The notes beneath the pieces were generated by a model. That model searched no databases. It worked only from the letters and a program-made list of their open reading frames with translations, and was not told where the DNA came from. A DNA stretch of 64,000 nucleotides, taken from the NCBI GenBank assembly GCA_964016885.1, contig CAXHJY010000688.1:34562-98561 (forward strand). The letters are read 5' to 3'. This DNA is from Eledone cirrhosa (Eukaryota). Below are positions 1 to 11,511 of this stretch, piece by piece (the stretch's first letter is position 1; the number at the start of each line of letters is the position of its first letter). The position numbers and the translations under genes are program-made.

Positions 1-1356
1 GGACAATATATATTAATGGATTCAGCAAATGAAAAATTAAATATATTTCAATGGAAACTTTGTGGAATTTTCTAACAAACAAAAAAAAAATCAAAAGCTT
101 TTCTCCACAACTTTTCTACATGCCACTTGGCAGTAATGAACCCTTTCATCTTGAAGGAAATACACATTTTGTTATGTGAACAAAATTACAGTGAATGTAA
201 ATCAAAATGACTAAATATTGTCTAAGCAAGGAAAAGCAGACATATAACCAATGGTGGTGGTGGTTGAATCAACAAACTTTCCAGCTTCCAAGAGAACAGG
301 ACTGCAACTATTATTTTATCTACTGTTGATACATAAATTTCTAACATTATTTATTAGAACATATCTAAAAACATGTTAATTCAAATGTTTGTCTTTACTA
401 GTGGACAGATCATTATGAAAATTTTCAGTAATCTAAAGCAAAGGCTATGAAATTTTTAATGTGATGCAGTCATAGTTTTGTTTTGTACATATCAAGAATG
501 TTTTATTAATGTGGTTTCATGCAGTACAGGATATTAAGAGTTAGTGAAGGATATATTTAAAAAATTGACATTCTAAATCTATATATAAATTTGAGCAACT
601 TCCATCCATCACACAATGTGTGTGTTTGTGTAAATGTATGTGTGTGTAAAAGGAAGGAAGGGCTGATGAAAAAACTATAGCAAAACAGCTGGGGGGGGGG
701 GGGGGGCGAATGTATGTCTGTGAGTTTGTATTTTTGTGTGTGTCTGTTTGCACTTTTATATTTATATACTCATACACATAAATGTATGCATATGCACATA
801 CACACATACGCGTCAGCGTGTTGAAAAAATCCTAGTTTTTTATATTTCATAATCAGTCAGGTCATTTTCACCAGAAAGAAAAGAGAATATTTATAGGTAA
901 TACTAGTGGTTTTAACAAATTCCACTGTAGTGTCATCTTTTGTAAACAGTTTTCTCTGTATTAATTTACAACTATCTTTATAATCTTATCAGTTGTTGAT
1001 ATAAGTCAACATCCAATCTTTCTATTTTTGAGCTCTCAAAAGTTATCTATACATCAACAACTAACTTACAAAATATACAAGCAGTCAAGAATAACACTGT
1101 GCTGTGTGATAAAAGATAAAAGCTTATATGAGGTGTTGTATCTGTGGATGTCCACACAAAATCAACAAGTTTGTGTAGCAAATATTGATTACTACGTTAT
1201 CCATTGCTCATAGCTACTTAACAAAATCATAATAAAACAATTGTGTGGGCAAGTTGTGTTGACATCTATCTGTGAAAAAGTACCTTGAATTACTGTATAT
1301 ACTAGAATATAAGCCAATATGAATATAAGCCAACTCTACTATTTTATGTTTGAGAA

Positions 1357-1580
1357 TCATCATCATCATCATCATTTAACATCCATTTTCCATGCTAGCA
1401 TGGGTTAGACAGGCTGTCCCATTTGAGTGAAGTTGGGTCAGGTGACCATGTCTTACTCATATAGAACTATTTCTGGCTAGGTTTCTATGGCTGGATACCA
1501 TTCCTAGCGCCAACCACTTTACAATGTGGACTGGGTGCTTTTTGTCATGACACCTACACATCTACTTCACAGTGTGGACT
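1357..1580 (-). mobile_element. RTE-related 3' end / short non-autonomous element with (GAT)n tail
   Basis: (CAT)n on + followed by TTTAACATCCATTTTCCATGCTAGCATGGGTT, matching the RTE 3' ends at 11460-11511 and 55000-55190. Similar copies at ~17360-17515, 21585-21840, 25230-25385, 41225-41380 and 44061-44430. Confidence 0.7.
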
Positions 1581-4455
1581 TTTGGCTGAGGATGTTGTCA
1601 CCAATTTAGCGGAGAAGTATTTAGAGAGTTGTAATGTTGCCACGAGGAACCATCTTTGGTAGAAAGATATGATAGGAATATCGACCACGACTTTAGCATG
1701 TTTTACATTATTTATTAACAAAGGTTGAGCTGGCATGCCAAGAGAAATAAAACAAACGAATTAAGATTTCAGAAAGACACGGGCTACTGGCTGTTTGAGT
1801 GTTGCCAGGCCGTGGTTAAATTGTTGTGCTACATATAATGTTGGTTAACTTGTATGGTTGAAGTTACACATAAAAATGAGGTTACAAAAGGGAATGTGCC
1901 ATTGCGCCGGAAAGCCGGCAGGCTAAGGTGCAAAATCTCACCGTCACATGTACGTGTTGCTGGTTCGAAGTTTCTGGTGCGAGAGAGAGAGAGAGAGAGA
2001 GAGTCTTCAAATCTTCGCGGGTAATTTCTCTCTCAGAACGCGTAGGGATACATCCTCTTCTCCTGGCGCTGATTGGCTGTGCTGAGCCAAATCACGCACA
2101 GAGAATGTATGTGAGCCCGCGAATGTAGGTCACTACATCACCTCCGAGCAGATTTTTAGCCGAAAATCGTTAACGATGAAGCCAAGGACCCAGATTATTG
2201 AATCAGCAAGAACAAATGCTGAAAGAGCACATCAGTGAAAAAATAATTGAGCAGAAAGATGCATGCAAGAAAAAAAATGAGGCACTACGGGCCGTGTTGA
2301 GCCGCTGTCAAATGACTAGCTGTTTTGTAGTTTATACGTGACCACCAAAGGTCTACCAGAAAACAGATAAAGTCTGACATGGGCGAAGTTGCTGTTCTTG
2401 CATTAAATGTTAATGGTAAGTGTTGTACCAGTAGCTGTGGACGAAGCTATTATGGTAGTTTACCAGTGCTGGCAAGAAGATGATGGGTAGGCGAGAAAAT
2501 GTTGGCCTCCCAGATGTATTGCCGAATGTGCCAGGAAAAAATGGCTGGTTGCTTTGATAAGAAAAAAGCAAGCTGAATCTGTAGGTGGGTTGCAGTCCCA
2601 CAATTCGGGCGAATCCACAGAAGTGGTGGAAATGCTGACAAGTCCAGTTCTATTTGTTGTTTTCCCGGTGAGTTGGGTAAAATAACAAGATAGAGGTTGT
2701 TTTTGGACGATGAATGTGCAACGAGATGCGAAACTGTTTGAGTTCAGCTGCAAGTGTCGATAGCATGTTTTGGTACCTCCAGAAGGTGAAAAGGGATCTC
2801 TCAGAATATTACGACGCTTGAAGATCACATACCATAGATAACAACATGTTGGTGTGTGTATATATGCAGGCATGTAATACAGCAAAGAAAATGTGTGCAT
2901 GCGGTCACATATACAATGATAGAGAGAAATGAATTTTCATATAATACAGTTTTAAAAAAATAAATGTCCAAAATAAATGCCTAAAAAAAAAAAAAGAAGA
3001 AAGAATTGTTTCTTTTCTTTTAACAAAAAGTTTGTGTCTTTTTTCTTTGGGAACGCTCTACTAGGGAGCTAGTAGAGTTGTTGTTGTTAAAGCAAAGTCA
3101 CAATGAATCTTCTGTAGAGTAGAAGTCGAGCGTTGAAGAATGCAGAGTCACCAATATGGCCGCCACGTCTGACGCCATAATGGTGAGAAAACTAATGTCT
3201 TAATTTCTCGAGTCCTTGTGGTAACGAGACAGAAGGTAAGGTGGTTGCGTCGGTAAAGTTACAAGCCGTTCCCTGGTGTTGGTTAATAGTTAGCCATGTG
3301 TTGCTGCTGATGAGGGGTACTTGGTGGTAGTCGATTTGAAATTTCCTCGTGGCGTAAAGTTTTTGAAATACTGCTAATTTTTTTTCAAAAAATATTCTAA
3401 AGAAAATTTTAATAATAAAAAAAATTATTTTCAATGAAAATTATTCAGCAAGAAATCCCAAGATGGCCGATCGAAAAATGCGTCTGTGATGAAGAAGCCG
3501 TCATGTGGCACGATGCAGCCAATCAGACGGCTGGGATTGGAGAAGACAAGCTGTACGCGGGAAAACAAAATTTCTGAGTCTCCATTTGTAATTTCAACAG
3601 AACGCCGAAAGCAAAATTCCACATCCAGGGAAATCCTTTTTTTTTTTAATTAATTTTTTTTTTGTGTTGTATTTTTGTGTTCGTCTGTATGCGTGAGTTA
3701 CTAGTGTTACCATGAAAGTTATGACAGAAATATTGTGCAGGCCGCGTGCTTCAACAAATGGAATATTATGAATTTTATGGACTTACGCTAAGTGAGTCTA
3801 GCTACCCGATTCGAACATTCCAAATGTTAAGCCACTCCACATTGCCGTTAAAATGAATGGCGAATTCAAATAGGCTGCGTTTTCATTCTTAATCGTCGAA
3901 GGTCACCAATTTGGCTGAGGATGTTGTCATCAATTTAGCCGAGAAGTATTTAGAGAGTTGTAATGTTGCCACGAGGAACCATCTTTGGTAGAAAGATATG
4001 ATAGGAATATAGACCACAACTTTAGCTTGTTTTTACATTATTTATTAACAAAGGTTGAGCTGGCATGCCAAGAGAAATAAAAACGAATTAAGATTTCAGA
4101 AAGACACGGGCTACTGGCTGTTTGAGTGTTGCCAGGCCGTGGTTAAATTGTTGTGCTACATATAATGTTGGTTAACTTGTATGGTTGAAGTTACACATAA
4201 AAATGAGGTTACGAAAGGGAATGTGCCATTGCGCCGGAAAGCCGGCAGGCTAAGGTGCAAAATCTCACCGTCACATGTACGTGCTGCTGGTTCGAAGTTT
4301 CTGGTGCGAGAGAGAGAGAGTCTTCAAATCTTTGCGGGTAATTTCTCTCTCAGAACGCGTAGGGATACATCCTCTTCTCCTGGCGCTGATTGGCTGAGCT
4401 GAGCCAAATCACGCACAGAGAATGTATGTGAGCCCGCGGAATGTAGGTCACTACA
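1581..4455 (-). mobile_element. Internally deleted non-autonomous LTR retrotransposon, probably Ty3/Gypsy
   Basis: Near-identical ~550 bp direct repeats 1581-2137 and 3910-4455, starting TGTAGTG on minus. 4-bp TSD GACT (1577-1580, 4456-4459). PBS-like TGGTGACCTTCGACG (tRNA-Trp-like) next to the 5' LTR and purine-rich GGAGGTGA before the 3' LTR. Decayed gag-like traces (PPF..DSPELW, CYRH). Confidence 0.85.
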
Positions 4456-5075
4456 GACTGGGCAAACCAATATAAATATAAGCCAACCCCACTATTTTAT
4501 GTCTGAGAAATGAGCAAAAATACAAACCTTATTTTTGTAAAATTTGAAGTTGGTGAAAATCATCAAAATATTGACCCTGTATATAAGCCGACCCCCCCCC
4601 CTTTTCTACCATCAAGTTTTTGGTCACATATTCCTTGCTATATATTTGAGTAAATACAGTATTTAACCCTTTTGATACTAATGAGAACCATATATTAAGT
4701 TACTATCTTAGTAAAGAAAATTTATAATTTTTGCAGATATCTCCAAATTCTTCATTAATTAATTGAAACAGTGTCTTTCATTAGAAATGTGGTTATGAAA
4801 GGGTTAATTAATTTCATTTATCACTAACGTCTTTGAATAAGGCAGGAACATAATTATGTGTATCATCATCATCATCATCATCATCACTGTTTAACGTCCA
4901 TTTTTTTCCTCCTACCATCAATTCTTTTGGTCACATATTCCTTATATTCAAGTAAATATGGCAGTAGTTGAAAGTACATAAGTTTAGATTGGCTGAAGAG
5001 ATGAGCCAGAGAAACATTACATAGGAAATTGATGTGGTGTTACTTAAAAGTAACACCACATCAATTTAAAAGTAT

Positions 5076-5534
5076 ACAGCCGTACCTGTATAGAGACAGC
5101 CGTACTTGTATAGAGACAGCCGTACTTGTATAGAGACAGCCGTACTTGTATAGAGACAGCCGTACTTGTATAGAGACAGCCGTACTTGTATAGAGACAGC
5201 CGTACCTGTATAGAGACAGCCGTACTTGTATAGAGACAGCCGTACCTGTATAGAGACAGCCGTACTTGTATAGAGACAGCCGTACCTGTATAGAGACAGC
5301 CGTACCTGTATAGAGACAGCCGTACTTGTATAGAGACAGCCGTACTTGTATAGAGACAGCCGTACTTGTATAGAGACAGCCGTACCTGTATAGAGACAGC
5401 CGTACCTGTATAGAGACAGCCGTACCTGTATAGAGACAGCCATACCTGTATAGAGACAGCCGTACCTGTATAGAGACAGCCGTACCTGTATAGAGACAGC
5501 CGTACCTGTATAGAGACAGCCGTACCTGTATAGA
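5076..5534. repeat. 20-bp minisatellite, ~23 copies (TAGAGACAGCCGTACYTGTA)
   Basis: Directly visible. Variation is essentially one C/T position plus one G>A. Confidence 0.97.
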
Positions 5535-6892
5535 TAGGGGGCCTACTAAAGCTCATCCAATGATATAGCAGCATCTAAAAAATTTTACATTTTTAACAGT
5601 AAAAAATAAGCAACTGAAGTAATAAGTTCTTGTCTTTTTATGTACGAGGGTGGGCTGAAATGTTCATATGCAGCCTATGAAGGATTGATGCTAGAGCTGT
5701 GAAATCTTGCATGCATTAATTTCAACTTTTCTTATTAATAATTGTATTGTGTCTTCCCAGGGTCTACATATGATAGCATAATAGGATATTTCAAACATTA
5801 ACTATAATAATATGCTGTTTGCATATATCTATATATATAAAGGGAAGATGGACATTGTTTAGTGTACCGAACTTGCCTGCTACACCGTTCATCCAATTTT
5901 CATGAAACCTCACACATATAAAACTCAACGCGTAGAGTGGAATAGGCTACTTGAAATTTTCGAAAAATCGATAATCGGGCCCTATGACAGAATGTTTTTC
6001 GATTCCAATGAAATTTTATGTGAATTCGAACACAAGAACTCTTAGTTTACATCTGGCGCAATAAAAATAAATTTCATATGCCCATATAAGGACGTGCGTT
6101 ATTGATTGGACGGCCAGCTGCATGTCTTCCCAGCTGTCTCAGTAAACGACCGACCATTAAAGAGTTTCTTTTCATATTCCACCTTATTCAAGTGGAAATA
6201 CAGTATTATCCCTATCTGAAAAGGGAACCAAATTTAATGGTGTCTTTTGTGAACCTAAAAGCTGTGAGTAAATTTTCAGTCTTAAATAATCATGCTTTTT
6301 GAAAAAAAAATTACTAAATAATACGTTGACCAAGTTGTGTTGTACACATACAATACAAGTAAAAAAATTTACGTTGTATCAATGTTTTCCTTTTTTAAAC
6401 AAAAGATTCTAAAAAATTACTTAATTTATAATACAGTCTTTTGCACAGGAAGTGAGTAACTTTTCGGGTGTTTAAACGTAAGTTCACCAGGGTTTGTGTC
6501 TTCATTATTAGCCCACCTCTAATGGCATTTTTTGTTCTGCTTACGACTAAATGTTATGAGCGTATTTGCAATTAATTGCGCACACGTGCACACCTGCATG
6601 CAGATAGACACTGACAGCCAATAAAAAATCGATAACTTGCTTATTAAGATATCGGTCAAAAAGAGAGATTGAATGTACTTTAGAACATTTTTTGAATATA
6701 TTGTTCTTTTTGGCATGATATGTCAGAAATATAGCTACTATACACTTTGGTTATTTTTTGTAACTAAAAAACGGTTCCTTTTGGGTGGATACTTAACGAG
6801 AAAAATCCTAGGGTTTTGGACAAGTTTGTTTCAGGCGCTGTATAGACGCCTATTTTGTCACACCTTGGTCATGAATTCGTATTCTTTTCCAA

Positions 6893-7150
6893 TAGATATT
6901 TTCCGCTCTATAAGGCTCACCAGGATATAAGGCGTATCATTTAAAATCAGGTCCGCGCAACAGCGTGTAAGGCCAACCAGAAAATGCTACCTTCTTTACT
7001 TTTAGTCTAGATCTATTACTTCTGTTAGAGCCGTGATTGATTACCATTGTATTATTTATACATAAGGCTCACCGGAGTATAAAGCGCAGAGCTGTTTTTT
7101 GATTAAATTTAATTATTTTAAGTGCAATTTATAGACGGGAAAATTCGGTA
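6893..7150. mobile_element. Degenerate pogo-like MITE inside the Helitron
   Basis: Ends ATATTTTCCGCTCTATAAGGCTCAC and TTTATAGACGGGAAAATTCGGTA are imperfect inverted repeats; internal ATAAGGCTCACC repeats. Confidence 0.5.
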
Positions 7151-7272
7151 AGTTATTGTAATCATATTTCCAAACCTTCCCATTCACCAGTAACCATGCT
7201 AACGAATCTGGTGTCATCTCTCTCTGTATTTAATCACCTCTCTCTAACCTAACAGCTTCGTTACACGTCGTT

Positions 7273-7804
7273 ATGCCCACACGGAAACATTCAAGACTTA
7301 CCTCCAAAAAAGGTACAGCTATTGCTTTGAGACAACGAATTAGGCGTTCTCAGGTATGAGTTCATTCACAATTGATTAATCCTTTATGCAATATTCTCCC
7401 TTAATGTTAGCAAGTACTGCGTTTATCCTAACTGTCACCACTTTTAAGCAACTACAACATTCTAATCGTAGTTATATTAAATTTATTGTCTTACCTTGAT
7501 TCCCTTTTGTTCATGTTAGACTTTTCTCATTTACTATTGACACTGCCATTGGCTTAGCTAACCAGTAGAATTAATTAATTTTCTCTAGGAAACACCTGCT
7601 GAGCGCGAATCTCGACTCGCTGATAGACGTCTTTCCCGGCTGGTTGAGTCACCAACATCACGTACGACAAGGCTTGCTGATGTTCGCCTTCATCGCCAAC
7701 AAGCGCTGACGGAGGAATCACCAACATCCCGTCAGACGAGGCTTGAGGCTGTGGCAAAGGGCAATAACCCTAGATACAATTTTGATCAACTTTTTTTCAC
7801 CTAA
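7273..7804 (+). pseudogene. Spliced N-terminal remnant of a Helitron Rep/Hel-like ORF (exons 7273-7353, 7589-7804)
   Basis: MPTRKHSRLTSKKGTAIALRQRIRRSQ|GTATGA...TTTTCTCTAG|ETPAERESRLADRRLSRLVESPTSRTTRLADVR...ESPTSRQTRL. Phase-0 GT-AG intron. E[ST]PxxRxxRL repeats resemble Rep/Hel N-termini (from recall). Confidence 0.62.
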
Positions 7805-8347
7805 AGCAAATTTACCGGGACAGGTTTTTAGCTACTCAAATCTACTTCAGAGATCACGCATTGATGTAAAAAAATCAATAAAACTGAAGCGGGGCTCGAC
7901 TTTGCGCAAAAAAACAAGGCAAAGTTACACATAGGAAAACTTTTTACAGGAACATCCTATATTCTTGAAAACTGTCACAAAAGACTCGCCATTATGCCGC
8001 GGTTAAGATAAAGGCCCTTTTAATTCTTCTTCTGCACATGTGAGCGCAAAAATTGTAAAAAAAAAAAAACCCTGAAAGTAATCGACATTTTCACCCTGCT
8101 TTAAATTAACTGAACATTCAATATCAAGCGATTTTGACTTCCGTCAGTCGTGCAGAGAACAATTTCAACGATACACTGTAACTACAATTAATAAATTACA
8201 CACCTGTGTCTACTAACCTATTTTTTTCCATTGAAGTTCGAAGTTTTGAACCTGTGATGTGCGGGAAGTAACTTTCACATATTCTAACAGACCAAAGGTC
8301 GACTTACACCCGGGCAACGCCGGGTACTTCTGCTAGTATATATATAT

Positions 8348-8540
8348 AACGAAGGAAATGTGGTAAGGAACCAGATGGACCATAACGCACGAAAGTACTC
8401 AATACTTAAGGTAGTAGAGTGGATAATAGGAACAAGTATGACCCCGACGGCAGAGCTCAAGCCGTTTCGACGGCTAATTCTGCGTCCAGAATTAGCCGTC
8501 GAAATGGCTTGAGCTCTGCCATCGGGGTCATACTTGTTCC

Positions 8541-8543
<3 letters not shown>
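8348..8543 (-). mobile_element. Short palindromic PLE-end insertion, family A (3' half of an HHR)
   Basis: Inverted arms 8426-8482 / 8487-8543, each reading stem II-GAAA-YGGC..GCCR-UC-GGGG. Flanked by (TA)n. Same family at 12968-13113 and 15299-15430; relative at 15825-15930. Confidence 0.8.
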
Positions 8544-8571
<28 letters not shown>

Positions 8572-8591
8572 ATCAACATAAGATGATTATT

Positions 8592-8647
8592 TCATTTACC
8601 AGTGGTTTCTTGAAAGCAAATAAATCTGCTTTCAGTCGTCAGAATGA
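8592..8647 (-). ncRNA. Type I hammerhead ribozyme (inverted copy)
   Basis: Reverse complement of 8716-8771 with one substitution. Confidence 0.83.
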
Positions 8648-8715
8648 AAAAATCCTGGTGTTTTTCAAATCCTAGGTTTTTCAAATCCACATTCAATAAA
8701 AACACCAGGATTTTT

Positions 8716-8771
8716 TCATTCTGACGAGTGAAAGCAGATTTATTTGCTTTCAAGAAACCACTGGTAAATGA
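8716..8771 (+). ncRNA. Type I hammerhead ribozyme
   Basis: TCATT-CTGACGA-gTGAAAGCA..TGCTTTCAa-GAAA-CCAcTGG-TA-AATGA: intact core and three stems. Confidence 0.85.
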
Positions 8772-8898
8772 CATAATCATCATATGTTGTTTATTACATA
8801 AATAAGCTCTGTAACCTACATAGAGCACTCTTTTTTCCTGGACCTTTCCGACGGAATTACTTCATTTATATATAAATATATATATATGTATATATATA

Positions 8899-10375
8899 TA
8901 AGTATAAAAGAGAAAACACAGGTAAGCATTAAGAGAAGGATTTTATCCAGGTATTTACGACCATTTCATTGGTAAGTGCAACCTTATATTGCTATACTGC
9001 AAATAGCAGCCACTCAATTATAATTGTTGTTCACAGTCCAAATTTTCAAAATAGTGAGTAAGTTACTCTTGAAATAATTCTTAATATATAGAGAAAAACA
9101 TTTATTTGGAATTGTATTTACTAGTATAGAGAGAGAGGAATCAGAAGGTGAGGGGACAAACGGAATAGTATAGAGAGAGGAAGGGGGAGAGTTAGGAAGT
9201 AGAGTGACAAACTGAGATGGAGGGAGGGGTAGAGGTGGAAGGATTCCTTGATCAGTTTTGATATTCAGACTTCATGTCTTGGAATGTAGTGAGTTAAAGA
9301 GAATTAAATTGATCGTAGTGGGAGGGATGGATAGAGAGAGAGAGAGAGAGGGGAGATATAAAGAGATAAATATATATATAAAGATAAAGATAATAATGAC
9401 AAAAATAAAAGCAAAGAAGGGGGGAGAAAGAAGAAAAGATAGCCAAGAAGGGGAGGGAAGGAAGGAAGAAAACGAAGAAATAGAAGAGGAATGAAAGAGA
9501 AGGGGGGGATATAGGTATTGGTTTTTGTGGGTAATTAAATAGGCTTAGATACAACAAGAGGGTATAAAGTCTAAGTATATGCAGTTTGTCAGTTGGTAGT
9601 AAGAGGTTAAGGGGTTAAGGGTTCGATTTGCACTTGTAATGCGAAAACTTCTCTTTGAGTCTATGGTTACAATAAATTGATCTTTCGATTTTATTGTTGA
9701 GTAACTTATTCTTCAAACTCAAGATGTGGAACAGCTCAAGGTCACATAATCGACAGCTTCTCATACCACTCCGATATGGGTGCGCGTGTTCGATAATTTT
9801 TTCCACTTCAGGGTGTATTGATGGTTACTTTCCCTCAGTTGCCAGGTCTTGTTTGCAAGGGTAGTTACCTAACGATGCTGGGAATGTTTCATTGCGTAAC
9901 GGTGTGTATACCAACAAGCTTTAAATGTATTCCCAGTCGCTCCGATGTAATACCATTTCTGGTTGTCTGATTCCACTGCGCATTGGTAAACCAGGTTAGA
10001 GACTGCATACATTCATTTTGTAATGGACAGGTTTCAGGTAGGTGGTAGTTACAATTCTCTATATATTAAGAATTATTTCAAGAGTAACTTACTCACTATT
10101 TTGAAAATTTGGACTGTGAACAACAATTATAATTGAGTGGCTGCTATTTGCAGTATAGCAATATAAGGTTGCACTTACCAATGAAACGGTCGTAAATACC
10201 TGGATAAAATCCTTCTCTTAATGCTTACCTGTGTTTTCTCTTTTATACTTTAAGATTGAACGGAATTCTTACAAATTTGTGGAGTTACCCCTAACCGTAC
10301 GTTGAAACCATCCATGAAACTGGCTTTCTTAACCACGAACTGGATCACAAAAAGCAATTTTCTGCTTCCCTAACT
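8899..10375 (-). mobile_element. 5'-truncated Naiad-type PLE (GIY-YIG remnant 9615-10045) with inverted 3'-end copy
   Basis: Minus strand CPLQNEC..NLVYQC..YYIGATGNTFK..H..TLA..WQL..WK..A.PY..CRLCDLE..LLN..CNH, with a stop and frameshifts. Inverted repeats 8900-9094 / 10057-10250; tail to 10375; degenerate HHR 10097-10198; (TA)n flanks. Confidence 0.85.
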
Positions 10376-10390
10376 ATATATATATATATA

Positions 10391-11511
10391 AAGTGAGAGT
10401 AGGAATGGAGTTTAGTGAGGAATTCCAGATACAAGTTGGAGTACATAAGGGTTCGGTCCTCAGCATGCTCTTGTTCATTATAGTCCTCCAAGCCATAACA
10501 GAGGAGTTTAAGACCATGGGAACTTCTCTATGCTGACGATCTGATACTTATAGCAGAATCGGTAGAGGAGCTAGAGAATAAATTCTGGCTATGGAAACAG
10601 CAGTTGGAATCAAGAGGACTGAGCGTGAACCTAGCTAAGATTAAAGTGTTTATAAGTAGAAAAGAGGACAAAACTCTGATTCCATCAGGGAAATGGTCAT
10701 GTTCGATATGTAGGAAAGGAGTTGGCATAAATTCTATAAAATGTACACAATGCAGATCTTGGGTACAAAAGGGATGTAGTGGGATAGCAGGCAAACTAAC
10801 AGGTAGGGAAAACTACATATGCAGTAGATGTACAGGGAAATTTGACAGTAGAAGTCGCAGTGATAGACACATTTTTCAAATGCAGGTAGGATCTATAGAG
10901 GTGGTTGATAGCTTCCGATACCTAGGTGATCAGATTAACAACGGAGGAGGGTGCTCCGAGGCCATAGTATCTAGAATAAGGACAGGTTGGAAGAAGTTTA
11001 GGGAGCTGCTTCCTCTGTTGACAAAGAAGGGTATCTCCCTGCGAATGAAAGGCCGGTTATATGATGCTGATGTGCGATGCTGCATAGTAGTGAGATATGG
11101 GCAACAACTCCAGAGGATATGCGACAGCTGGAGAGAAATGAGGCAAGCATGCTCCGTTGGATGTGCAATGTCAATGTGCATGAATGGCCAAGCATAGATG
11201 AGTTGAGAGAGAAGCTGTGTATATGAGGGATAAGTTGTAGTGTGCTGGAGAGAAGGCTGAGATGGTATGGACATGTGATGCGCATGGAGGATGACCGCTG
11301 GGTAAAGAAATGCCAAGAAATCCCAGTAGAAGGAAGATGCCGTAGAGGAAGACCACGAAAAACATGGGTGGAGGTGGTGAGAGCTGATCTCAGATTGCTT
11401 AATCTCACGGAGGAGATGACGAATGACCGTGACAAGTGGAGAGATGCTGTGTTGAATAGGACCTGTCCCACCCATGCAAGCAGGGAAAAGCAGACGTAAA
11501 ATGATGATGAT
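10391..11511 (+). mobile_element. 5'-truncated degenerate RTE-clade LINE (RT C-terminal part)
   Basis: [34 protein letters not shown] and RGRPRKTW across frameshifts; (GAT)n tail. Confidence 0.92.

Larger units (their letters stand above)
1291..4661. mobile_element. pogo/Tc1-mariner-like MITE split by nested insertions (pieces 1291-1356 and 4464-4661)
   Basis: Imperfect TIRs TACTGTATATACTAGAATATA / TATATTTGAGTAAATACAGTA. Related fragments near 24975-25100 and 29257-29330. Confidence 0.6.
5828..8336 (+). mobile_element. Non-autonomous Helitron
   Basis: 5' A|TCTATATATATAAA. 3' hairpin CCCGGGCAACGCCGGG followed ~8 nt later by CTAG|T. No TSD; inserted between A and T. Confidence 0.88.
8567..8867 (+). 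mobile_element. Short palindromic PLE-end insertion, family B, with two HHRs
   Basis: Inverted arms ~8567-8665 / 8698-8796, a one-sided tail to 8867, and (TA)n on both sides. Confidence 0.82.

Noticed and set aside
3150-3560. CpG-rich segment with YY1-like ATGGCCG motifs as a host promoter
   Set aside because: It lies inside the LTR element's internal leader region; no evidence of a host gene.
5044-5574. Repetitive ORFs or a CRISPR-like array
   Set aside because: Pure 20-bp tandem repeat with no unique spacers and no cas genes, in a eukaryotic context.
10251-10375. RCTC/GAGYRC hairpin in this tail and in the tails at 12860-12945, 17532-17588 and 24256-24304
   Set aside because: They can form other hairpins but do not match the motif, so they were not counted. 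The motif is not universal among PLE ends here.
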